Positions 27,952 to 37,200 of a stretch of 64,000 nucleotides of DNA are shown one piece after another. The DNA is taken from the IMG/VR virus record IMGVR_UViG_3300033273_000282, positions 79,800 to 143,799 of that record; one strand, given 5' to 3'. Origin of the DNA: a virus. The notes under the pieces are model-generated. The model was not told the DNA's origin and ran no database searches. It worked only from the letters and a program-made list of their open reading frames with translations. Each line of letters begins with the position of its first letter. Within the stretch, counting starts at the first letter, position 1. The translations under genes and the position numbers were made by a program.

Positions 27952-28278
27952 ATGCGTAAGATCGAACGCCTGATGAACGACGCCATTTCCGAGGGTCGCA
28001 ACTGGACCAGCGGTAACACTAGCGTTACTCACACCGACGAGGTGGCAGAGGTTCGCCTTCACGGAAACCTGATCGCTGAGGTGGGAGACACCTTTATCCG
28101 TCTCTTTGATGGCGGTTGGCAGTCGAATACCACGAAGTCACGCCTTAACGCGATCCTGCGGGAGCATGGCGAGCAGGGCGACGGCGTGTTCCAGAAGGAC
28201 TGGGCATGGTTCGTCACCATGAACACCGCCCAGGGACTGACGACCGTCCCATTCTTCTCTTCCATGCGTCTCGGGTGA
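27952..28278 (+). CDS. early hypothetical protein
   Basis: MRKIERLMN...VRLHGNLIA...GGWQSNTTKSRLNA. Confidence 0.75.
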   Translation: MRKIERLMNDAISEGRNWTSGNTSVTHTDEVAEVRLHGNLIAEVGDTFIRLFDGGWQSNTTKSRLNAILREHGEQGDGVFQKDWAWFVTMNTAQGLTTVPFFSSMRLG

Positions 28279-28337
28279 GACATTACAGAGTGTAACAACA
28301 GGGTGCCACCAGGCACCCTTTCCTATAGAATGAACCC

Positions 28338-28559
28338 ATGAAACAAATCAAGATGAGGCAGGCACGCAAGATGCTCGCCAAGGTGCCAGGCGTTCAGATC
28401 CGCAGGGGTCGCTCAGGTCATGACAAGATCTCGCACCCTAACCTCAGTGAGACATTCCCCCTCCCTATCCATGGATCAGGCAGCAGCCACGAGCTTTCCC
28501 CTGGGGTAACGAAGAACTTCATGAAGTTCTACGATCGCCTGGTGGCAGCAGCCAATTGA
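28338..28559 (+). CDS. hicA: HicA-family toxin-like protein
   Basis: KMRQARKML...IRRGRSGHDKISHP...FPLPIHG...ELSPGV matches the HicA G-S/G-H...P-x-H...EL-x-x-G pattern. Confidence 0.7.
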   Translation: MKQIKMRQARKMLAKVPGVQIRRGRSGHDKISHPNLSETFPLPIHGSGSSHELSPGVTKNFMKFYDRLVAAAN

Positions 28560-28612
28560 GGCACTGTCCACCATTTCCCCCAAAGCACCCCAGGACCTGC
28601 CATACTAAGAGC

Positions 28613-28795
28613 ATGACAAACGAAACCAACTTCGACCGCTTCACCTTCGCCGCTCTCGCTGGTCGGGCAGGTCAGACCCCCGCCAACTACGCCAACGACA
28701 TGGGCGACGGCGACTTCGACGACTACTTCACCGCTGAGGATTACGACCGACGCCGCTACGAGACCGAGCGACGCCGCCAGCGTTACGGGTACTGA
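28613..28795 (+). CDS. small early hypothetical protein
   Basis: ATG 28613 after -10 CATACT. Confidence 0.55.
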   Translation: MTNETNFDRFTFAALAGRAGQTPANYANDMGDGDFDDYFTAEDYDRRRYETERRRQRYGY

Positions 28796-28848
28796 TCATG
28801 TGGGCAGCACTGACTAAACCCCGCTCTCCATCCTACCACCGACGCGCC

Positions 28849-28965
28849 ATGCTTAAGGTTGCCCTGATCGCCCTTGTCCTCTATGTTGCCTGGGAGCCAA
28901 TCCGTCCCCTTCGGGTGATCACCGCTGATATCATCCTGGCAGCACAGCACGAGCTCAGGAAGTAG
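28849..28965 (+). CDS. small membrane peptide
   Basis: MLKVALIALVLYVAWEPIRPLRVITAD... Confidence 0.45.
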   Translation: MLKVALIALVLYVAWEPIRPLRVITADIILAAQHELRK

Positions 28966-29042
28966 GGCAGTCGGCAAGGTGTCCCCTCTGCCGCTGGATT
29001 GGCAGGGGGAGCGCCTAGGATACATACAACAAAGCAAAGCAC

Positions 29043-29264
29043 ATGAACCACACCTTCGCAGTCCAACCCGCAGCATGGGGCAAGTTCGATCCTCACGGGT
29101 GCGACTGGGCAACGGACATCAACCACGCCTACCGCATCGCTAAGCAATGGGGCGAATCCTGCATGATCTGGATGTGCCCCCCTTCTGGTGATCCGATCCG
29201 TTGGTGCCGCGCCGATGCCAACACGAACGCCATCGCTGATCTGGTCTTTGGGGTTGACCGCTGA
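29043..29264 (+). CDS. small early hypothetical protein
   Basis: 73-aa ORF after the promoter motif. Confidence 0.6.
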   Translation: MNHTFAVQPAAWGKFDPHGCDWATDINHAYRIAKQWGESCMIWMCPPSGDPIRWCRADANTNAIADLVFGVDR

Positions 29265-29307
29265 CCCCAGACCCTGTACAATACACACAACACACACAAA
29301 CGACACG

Positions 29308-29556
29308 ATGAACGGTTGGGCAAATTACGAGACCTGGAACGCTGCCCTCTGGGTTGGCAACGACGAGTTCCTCTACAACACCGCCAAGGCGTGCGTGGAG
29401 TTCGCCGCTGAGGGTGAGAGTCCCTGGGCGAAGTTCGTCCGCTGTATGACCGACGGGCAGATCGGACGCCACCTCGTCACCACTGGCGACGGCGTGCGTT
29501 GGGATGACCCCGCCATCAACGTGGCAGAGATGGAAGACATGATGACCGACCTCTGA
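29308..29556 (+). CDS. early hypothetical protein
   Basis: MNGWANYETWNAALW...TGDGVRW; upstream TTGACC-17-TACAAT promoter. Confidence 0.7.
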   Translation: MNGWANYETWNAALWVGNDEFLYNTAKACVEFAAEGESPWAKFVRCMTDGQIGRHLVTTGDGVRWDDPAINVAEMEDMMTDL

Positions 29557-29670
29557 TCCTACCACTGACAGAGGCACTGGGGGGTTGGTCGCCCCCCGCC
29601 CCCCCTAGCTAAAAGGGACCCGCAAGCCTAATCTATAAAGTCTTGCTCTCGCCCACCCGATAGAACGTCA

Positions 29671-30132
29671 ATGCTTTTTCATAGGATCCCTATTTTCAAA
29701 ATTTTTTCCGAGAAAAAATTCCGAGTATACCTTTTTGATAACCCCAAGGAGAGTCATTCCGAGATTATCCGACTGTGTATCGCAGACTGGCTGGATGGTC
29801 GGTTAGACTGTTTTGCGCCCGCCCATGTCCATTGGAGTAAGTCCGACACAGGCACATGGCTTGCTGTTGCGGTGAGTTCCAAGCGTATTGGGGTAGACAT
29901 TGAAACAATGCGAGAGCGCAACTATGAAAAAATTTCAAAAAGATTCTTTGACCCATCCGAGGTTACCGACGATATAGAAAAGTTCTACATAGAATGGGTA
30001 AGGAAAGAAGCGTACTGGAAGAAAGCTAAAAAAGGTATCGGAGGGCGCTTAGGGGTTGCTATTCCAAAAGGTCACGGTATAATTACATTAGAGGGATTAC
30101 CCGACAACCTTGCTGGAGCAGTTTCACTATGA
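29671..30132 (+). CDS. 4'-phosphopantetheinyl transferase (Sfp/ACPS superfamily)
   Basis: HWSKSDT (FNLSHS-like), IGVDIE, ISKRFF, FYIEWVRKEAYWK (WxxKEAxxK) motifs in the correct order. Confidence 0.85.
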   Translation: MLFHRIPIFKIFSEKKFRVYLFDNPKESHSEIIRLCIADWLDGRLDCFAPAHVHWSKSDTGTWLAVAVSSKRIGVDIETMRERNYEKISKRFFDPSEVTDDIEKFYIEWVRKEAYWKKAKKGIGGRLGVAIPKGHGIITLEGLPDNLAGAVSL

Positions 30133-30329
30133 TCAACCTGGACGACCGCTTTCACTCATACCTCGCAGGTACAAAGCAGTTCTGTATCGACGGTATATGC
30201 GAGAGAGTGAGAACGTACGGCTTCCATTCTTCTGATGATCAAAACGTAGACGGCTTTTATGTTGTCACTGACAATCACAAGCTGATTTACAATCTACAAG
30301 AGCAGTGTATTTCCTGTGAGACTCTATGA
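30129..30329 (+). CDS. small hypothetical protein
   Basis: Coupled 66-aa ORF. Confidence 0.6.
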   Translation: MINLDDRFHSYLAGTKQFCIDGICERVRTYGFHSSDDQNVDGFYVVTDNHKLIYNLQEQCISCETL

Positions 30330-30493
30330 ATGAACTCGAAATGATTCTTCTACTAAAGAGTCAGGTAGAAGCACTTGAAAAGCGTTTGAATGATATGACA
30401 CTCCTCATGAAGCGCCCAGGCTCAGAGGAATATGAAAAACTCGTTGATGTCGTTTGTGACCATGAAAATCGGTTAAATAAACTTGAGGCTTAA
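30326..30493 (+). CDS. small coiled-coil protein
   Basis: 55 aa MNELEMILLLKSQVEALEKRL...; coupled. Confidence 0.55.
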   Translation: MNELEMILLLKSQVEALEKRLNDMTLLMKRPGSEEYEKLVDVVCDHENRLNKLEA

Positions 30494-30526
30494 AAATCGC
30501 GTAAAAACCCGCGAACTCTAAGGGTC

Positions 30527-31174
30527 ATGGCAACGTTATCAAAATCATCATTCAATGACGCCACGATAGGTGTACCATTCAGTGATTCCATTACTATTAT
30601 TCCAGAAATCTGTACTGGTACCACTCTAGAGGTGTTTGTGTCAGTATCGATGACTTCGGTATCACCATCAATACCTACTGGGATCGAGCCTGGGTTGTGC
30701 CCAGGTTTTCCTGTAGGTGGATTAACATACGTACCTACAGAAACTCCTCTTAGTACCAGTCCAATATTGACCATCAATGGGACGTTTAATGAAACGTACT
30801 TTGATGAGCGTGAGTGGGAGTACAGGGACGATACAACAGGTAAGAGTATCCATACCCCTATCATTGAGTTAGAGTCTACTGAGAGCGACGGTGGACGTAT
30901 CTACAACGTCACTAAGAACAGTGCTGCCAATCCATACAGTACAGGTGGTCAATTTGAAGATGAGATTCCAGATCCTTGCGACACTCTGATCAGATACAAG
31001 CCTGACTTCAGGTCACAGAGGGTTGTGACATATACATATACAGTGAACCTGCTCTGTGCGGGTGCTCCATTTACCCAAGTATTCAATATTCCTCATACTA
31101 TCCTGAATAATTGGGATCTAGGGCGCGATAAAATGAAAGATATCCTAGCAAACAAGATTAGGTACGGTACGTAA
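30527..31174 (+). CDS. hypothetical (probably virion) protein
   Basis: 215 aa, beta-rich, coupled to the PAAR gene. Confidence 0.65.
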   Translation: MATLSKSSFNDATIGVPFSDSITIIPEICTGTTLEVFVSVSMTSVSPSIPTGIEPGLCPGFPVGGLTYVPTETPLSTSPILTINGTFNETYFDEREWEYRDDTTGKSIHTPIIELESTESDGGRIYNVTKNSAANPYSTGGQFEDEIPDPCDTLIRYKPDFRSQRVVTYTYTVNLLCAGAPFTQVFNIPHTILNNWDLGRDKMKDILANKIRYGT

Positions 31175-31488
31175 TGGCATCAACTCCAGCAGTACAAGGT
31201 GGTTATTCCACTGGTCATGGGTGTTTCCCCCCAACAGCCTGTATAGAAGGGTCTCCAAACGTCTTTGCGGGCGGTCAGAACGTCGCTAGAGTGGGTGACA
31301 GGTACGCTGCTCACAGTTGTGGCAACACTACACACCCTACAAGTAGCAGAAATATCACCAATGGGTCCACTACTGTCTACGTAAACGGCATTTTGTGCGG
31401 CAGATTGGGCTCAGATCACGGTTGTGGAGACGCAACAGGCAACCATGGACTGTCAGAGGGTGCTAAAAAGGTGTACATCGGGGACTGA
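31174..31488 (+). CDS. gp5.4: PAAR-domain spike tip protein
   Basis: GHGCFPP...GSPNVFAGGQNVARVGD...H...GSTTVYVNG...RLGS..GCG. Confidence 0.88.
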   Translation: MASTPAVQGGYSTGHGCFPPTACIEGSPNVFAGGQNVARVGDRYAAHSCGNTTHPTSSRNITNGSTTVYVNGILCGRLGSDHGCGDATGNHGLSEGAKKVYIGD

Positions 31489-31546
31489 GTTGACAAAAAA
31501 CCCTTTTGGCTCTATCATTTCTAGGTAAAACACACGAAAAACGACC

Positions 31547-31690
31547 ATGGCAAAGCGTCCTTCCCTGACTGGTGGTAAGAAAATCGAGACTAAGCCCAAG
31601 ACTACTCGCCAGGGAGACTCTAAAAACACCAAATACTCTGCTACTGCTCGTAACAAAGCGAAGAAAAAGTACCGTGGACAGGGTAAGTAG
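31547..31690 (+). CDS. small basic protein (YRGQG family)
   Basis: MAKRPS...PKTTRQG...KKKYRGQGK*; TTGACA-17-TATCAT promoter at 31490-31518. Confidence 0.7.
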   Translation: MAKRPSLTGGKKIETKPKTTRQGDSKNTKYSATARNKAKKKYRGQGK

Positions 31691-31762
31691 GTCTAAATAA
31701 CTACTCACGGAGATAGCAACCTCCTAAAAAGTTCTCTTTTGAGACTTTTAGGAGGATTTTTT

Positions 31763-31951
31763 ATGGCTAATTCACCTGTAGACTTGGGAAAAGAGTTTAT
31801 CGAGAGCGGAATGACGCTAATTACGTCTCCAGCTGCCGATAAATACCTCAATAGGGTTCGGAAAAAGCGTAATGATCCCCCACAAGACCGCCTGTCGCGT
31901 CAATGTGGTGGTAAAGACGGGTTCGACGACTATGTTGAACGCTGGGAATGA
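31763..31951 (+). CDS. small hypothetical protein
   Basis: MANSPVDLGKEFIESGMTLIT...; AGGAGG SD upstream. Confidence 0.65.
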   Translation: MANSPVDLGKEFIESGMTLITSPAADKYLNRVRKKRNDPPQDRLSRQCGGKDGFDDYVERWE

Positions 31952-31998
31952 GGCACCTTTCTGAAACCTGCTAAATACATCAGGTCGAATTGTGGCAA

Positions 31999-32388
31999 AT
32001 GGCATCCACCAGCCGTTCGTTTAAGGATTTTGATCTTTCCTTTAGGAAAAATCCTGTAACGAAGGACGTTAACACCCTAAAAAACGAAGCGGCGATCAAA
32101 GAGGCTGTAAAGAACATCGTTCGTTACAACTTCTATGAGAAGCCATTTTTGCCAGCCTTTGGTGGAAACTTATATACGCCTCTTTTTGAGCTTTGGACTT
32201 CAGGTAACAAAATCCAGTTTGAGGAAAGAGTAAAAACTCTTATCAATGCTTATGAACCTCGCGTCGTATGTTATGACGTTAAAGTGAACTTCACTGAAGA
32301 CCAAAATGATCTTAACGTTGAGATCTATTATCTGATCACTGGTCTACCAAACGTTATTGACAACATCGCAGTCATCCTCAAGAAGTAA
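31999..32388 (+). CDS. gp25: baseplate wedge subunit gp25
   Basis: FKDFDLSF..NPVT.D...AIKEAVKNIV...EKPF.P.FG...YEPRV. Confidence 0.92.
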   Translation: MASTSRSFKDFDLSFRKNPVTKDVNTLKNEAAIKEAVKNIVRYNFYEKPFLPAFGGNLYTPLFELWTSGNKIQFEERVKTLINAYEPRVVCYDVKVNFTEDQNDLNVEIYYLITGLPNVIDNIAVILKK

Positions 32389-34241
32389 TGGCACTTACCC
32401 AGGTAAACTCGTTAGAATTTAACGAGATCAAAGCCCAATTAAAAGCATATCTCTCTGGTCAGGATGAATTTTCTGATTATGACTTTGAAGGATCGTCCAT
32501 GTCGGTCCTTTTGGACGTTCTTGCTTACAATACTTACTATTCGGCGGTCAGTTCCAACCTGATTGTCAATGAAAACTTCCTCGACAGCGCAATTTTACGC
32601 GAAAATGTCGTAAAACTGGCTAAACTGATCGGTTACACGCCCAGAAGCTACAGATCGGCGCGTGCTAACTTCACAGTTCAAGTCCAAACGCCTTATCCAT
32701 ACCCACAATCGGTCCAAATCAACGCTGGAATCTTCGCAAGTTTCGTTGGCGAAGAAAATAGCAACTATATTTTCTCAATTCCCAAAGATTTGGTCGTTTC
32801 CGTGAACACTTTGAACGGAATTGCGACTTTTAATGATGTCGTTGCCTATGAGGGCATCTTCATTAAGGATACTTTTGTAAAAAACACCTCTGATCGCCAA
32901 AGATTTATTCTTGGTAACGAAAAAGCCGATACAACGACTCTAAAAGTTGAAGTTACTCGCGGTACCATAACTGACGCCTATCTTTTGGCGACTGATATTA
33001 CCAGAGTTGACAAAACTAGCAAAAACTTCTTTTTGGAAGAATCTGAGTATAGAAGATTTGAACTTATCTTCGGTGATGGCATCATCGGAGAGGCACTTTT
33101 GAATGGAGACGTGATTGAAGCGACATATTCGCTATCTAGCGGTTCTGGTGCTAACGGATTGGACGATTTTACGTTCGCTGGCACAATTAAGGACTCGGCT
33201 AACAACCCAATCACCTCTGGAATCACTCTAACGCTCGATACACCTCCTGACGGCGGTTCTGAAGCGGAAACAGTGACTTCTATCAAGTATTCTGCTCCAA
33301 AATTCTACTCTAGTTTCGGTAGAGCAGTAACTACGAAAGATTATGAGTCGATTATTCCTCAAATCTATCCAAACGTTCAATCTATTGTCGCATTTGGTGG
33401 AGAACAAGCAGAACCTCCAGAATACGGCAAAGTTATGATTGCCATTAAGCCTAAAAACGCAGATAAACTCTCTATCTCGGAAAAAGAGGCAGTTCTTAAG
33501 AAAATCCGTGATTATTCTGTAGGTGCGGTCGAGCCAAAGATCATAGATCCATCCGTTGTCTATATTGATCTTACCTCTTTTGTATATTTCAATCCAAACC
33601 TCACCAGACGCTCCCAGGAGGAGCTGAAACAGGTTATTTTCACAACTCTGACCTCTTTGAACCAGACGAAAGAGTTTAATAAGTTTGGAGGCAAATTTAA
33701 GTATTCCAAACTACAGAAAATTATCGATGATGCTGAAAAGTCAATTACGTCGAACATTACTCGCATCAGAATGCGTAAGAATGTCAACGTAACACTCAAC
33801 CAGCGTTTTAACTACACCATTTGCTATGGTAATAGAATTAACGCTCAACTTGAATCGCCAAGTTTCCTCTCTAATGGATTTAAGAGAGTAGACGGCGGTA
33901 ATTTCATATATTATTTGAATGACGACGGTCTTGGCACCGTTAGGCTTTTTTACATCACCGATGCGGGTGCCACACAATATATTGGTGGCAACTGGGGGAC
34001 TGTTGACTACGAAAGAGGCGAAATTACCATTAACGACTTGATCATTGATGAAGTTGTTGGTAGCAGCCAAAATACCCTCCAGTTCTCGGTCGTACCTGAG
34101 TCAAATGATCTCGTAGCACTCCGAGAAACCTATTTGACATTGGGTATAGATAACCTAGTGGTAAATGTAATAGATGATGAGATTGCGAGCGGTTCTAATA
34201 CCGCAGGTACAGGTATTATCCCAGAATCCAGCTATAGTTAA
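32388..34241 (+). CDS. gp6: baseplate wedge subunit gp6
   Basis: FSDYDFEGS..SVLLDVLAYNTYY...RAVTTKDY. Confidence 0.95.
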   Translation: MALTQVNSLEFNEIKAQLKAYLSGQDEFSDYDFEGSSMSVLLDVLAYNTYYSAVSSNLIVNENFLDSAILRENVVKLAKLIGYTPRSYRSARANFTVQVQTPYPYPQSVQINAGIFASFVGEENSNYIFSIPKDLVVSVNTLNGIATFNDVVAYEGIFIKDTFVKNTSDRQRFILGNEKADTTTLKVEVTRGTITDAYLLATDITRVDKTSKNFFLEESEYRRFELIFGDGIIGEALLNGDVIEATYSLSSGSGANGLDDFTFAGTIKDSANNPITSGITLTLDTPPDGGSEAETVTSIKYSAPKFYSSFGRAVTTKDYESIIPQIYPNVQSIVAFGGEQAEPPEYGKVMIAIKPKNADKLSISEKEAVLKKIRDYSVGAVEPKIIDPSVVYIDLTSFVYFNPNLTRRSQEELKQVIFTTLTSLNQTKEFNKFGGKFKYSKLQKIIDDAEKSITSNITRIRMRKNVNVTLNQRFNYTICYGNRINAQLESPSFLSNGFKRVDGGNFIYYLNDDGLGTVRLFYITDAGATQYIGGNWGTVDYERGEITINDLIIDEVVGSSQNTLQFSVVPESNDLVALRETYLTLGIDNLVVNVIDDEIASGSNTAGTGIIPESSYS

Positions 34242-34247
34242 ACCCTA

Positions 34248-37200
34248 ATGGCAGTTGAAAGGTCATCTTGGCGCGTAGCGTCTTGGCAGACTCCCTCCAC
34301 CCAGGTGGGAGTCTCTCCAATTGATGCTACAGTCTCACCTGAGGTTAAAGACAGGATATCTGATAGAGTTGAGGAATTCTTACCCCAATTCATCAGAGAG
34401 GATTATCCTGATTTCATTCAGTTCCTGAAGTATTACTACAGGAGTCAGGAACTGAAGGGTAACCCCCTGGACATCATTGGGAACTTTGATGACTACTATA
34501 ATATCGACAATCTTAATGATCTTGTCGAATCTACCGTCACCTCTGGTTCCGTAAGCATTGATGCGTCTATTATTGACGTACAGAACACTAAGGACTTCCC
34601 ATCTGAGGGTTTGATCCTTATTGACGAAGAAATTATATACTACAGAGAAAAAACTAACACTCAGTTTAGAGGGTGTGTTCGTGGCTTCCATGCGACCACG
34701 AATATTGGTCTAATTAAGGAATATACGTTTGCTGAGTCTGAACCAGCAGAACATACGTTCCAATCTGAGGTAATTAACCTCAATAACTTCTTTGCGCTGT
34801 TTATTCTCGAAAGATTCAGAACTCAGTTCTCAGAATCGTTCCCTAACAAGTTTGCCGACGGTATTAGAGATTCTTCGGTCACAAAACGACTGAAAGACTT
34901 CTATGCGGCTAAAGGAACCTCCAGATCTTTCAAATATCTGATGAGGGTTCTCTTTGGTGTAGAATCTACCATTCTATATCCAAAAGATAGAATTTTCAAG
35001 CCATCTGATGCTTACTATAGCACCAGAGAGATTATTCGCGCTAAAGCCATCTCTGGTAACCCTGTAGAACTTACAGGGGAAGTTTTGTACCAAGATGCTG
35101 ACCCAAATGATCCAAATGTAGGCAATGCCCGCATTTACGTTAAAACTGTTGTAGAGGTTTTCACCGAAGACGGTAAAATCTACGAATTGGATGTAGATAC
35201 CGAAAATGGCACTGGATCCTTCACCACACCTTACAAAACTATTCTTGCTGAAGATACCAGCTCAAACTTAAGTCAAGATTTCATTACTGTTGACTCCACA
35301 CTTGGTTGGCCAGAGACTAAAGGAAGTTTCCGAATCAATAATGAAGTCTTTGAGTATGACGAGAAAACTGTTACACAATTCCTTGGTGTAACCCGTGCTA
35401 GACAAGATACTCTAGCAGCTAACCATCTTGCTGGTTCTGAGGTTATCTCTGCCTTTGGTATTTACGGTTATTCCAATGTAGATGGCAGTAGAATTGATAT
35501 TGCTGTATTTGGCGGCACTAGAGGTGTCAATCTGACCAATGGAGGCAAATATTACGTACAAGACTCTAAAGTCACTACTCCTGCCGCTCCTGGCTTCGAT
35601 TCACTCGATCCTATCTGGAGTTCCTTCATTTACAACGTTAGAAAGCTTCTGACGGGTACGAAGATCGAACTTTCTTCTCCAGACTCCCAAGGAAGAGTAG
35701 AAGCACTGATCACAACCTCCAAACCCCATGGTTTGAGACGTGATGACAAAGTGGTCGTTCTTAATGCTCCAGAAGACGTTTACAACAGAGAGTTTATTGT
35801 TGTTGGTACAGCAAACGATACTCAGTTTACTGTGCGTCTCCCAGTCATTCCTATTGCTGGTGTAAACGTTGATTTCTTAGTAACTAGAGAATTTGCGAAA
35901 TCTAGTTCTACAGACACAAGTATTAACCTGAATATTAAGGATGTTCCCGCAGACATCCAGAATACTTATAGATCAGATACCCACGCTATCGTAGCGTCTT
36001 CTGGTTTGCCAAGCCATCAAATTGGTCCATTCGCCCAAGGTATTGACCTTGATCCTGGCAACCAACGCTATCTGAAGCGTATCCCACTGACTACACTTAC
36101 AAAATCGACAAAAACCCCAACTCCAGTTGGTCAAGTCGGTATTGGTGTTAATGGTGTACCATTTTTCTCATATAAGTCGGAAGACTTCCGACTTTATGGT
36201 GGTGTTAAAGAAATTAGCGTAATTAACGCTGGTGATGGTTACGACATCACCAATCCCCCTATTGTGGAGTTTGAGCAACTTTGGAAACCAGGAACTAACT
36301 ATTTCCTCAACCAAAGAGTCCGCAATAGCGTAGGTAACAGATATAAAAACCTTGGCAGTGGTAAATCCGCAGAACGTGGAACTGAACCCACTGCTACTGA
36401 CGGTAGCCTTACTGTAGACGGTTCCTGCCTTTGGGAACTTGAGGGTGTCTCTGCCGAGGCAACTGTTTCGGTTTCGGGTCGAGTTTTTGCGATTAACGTA
36501 ACAAATGGTGGTCAAAATTATACCACTGCTCCTACTGTCTCTATTAGTGGTGGTAACCCTACGGTTCAGGCAGCTGCTACTGCCACTATTACTTCTGGCG
36601 TGGTCACTGCTATTAGTGTCACTGCTGAGGGTTCTGGATACACTAGCGTCCCAGTTGTCACTCTAAGTGGTGGCGGCGGTAGTGGTGCTACAGCAGAAGC
36701 CGTTGTTCGTGGCGGTCTGGAAGCAGATGGCATTACTATTACAAACCCAGGTTCTAACTATTCAGAAAGACCTTCTATCACTCTGATTTCTGGTACAGGT
36801 GCTGTAGCATATCCTTCCATTGTTAATGGGAAGATTGCTTCTATCATTCTGACATATGGTGGTAAAAACTACTATGGTCCTCCTGACGTTATCATTACTG
36901 GTGATGGTGTAGGTGCTGTGGCATTTGCTGAGATTGATTCTAATACACAGCAAGTTACTTCTATTAGAGTTACAAACGGTGGTATTGGATATACCGCTGG
37001 TAAAACATTTGTAGATATTGTATATCCTGGTACTGGCGCTTCTTTCCAAGTAGAACTGCCCATCCTCAACTATAACAAAGCCGCAACTCCAGAAGAGTTT
37101 GGATTGACAAGTGCTCAGATGACTGCGTACAAGATTGCTGATGCTGCCAGTGGCGTTTCCATTAAAGGTGCCAACTTTGCCGTATATGGCGGTGAATATG

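Noticed and set aside
22531..29021. Repeated palindromes as a CRISPR array or attC cassettes
   Set aside because: Degenerate, separated by whole genes and at a fixed distance from -10 boxes; no cas or integrase gene
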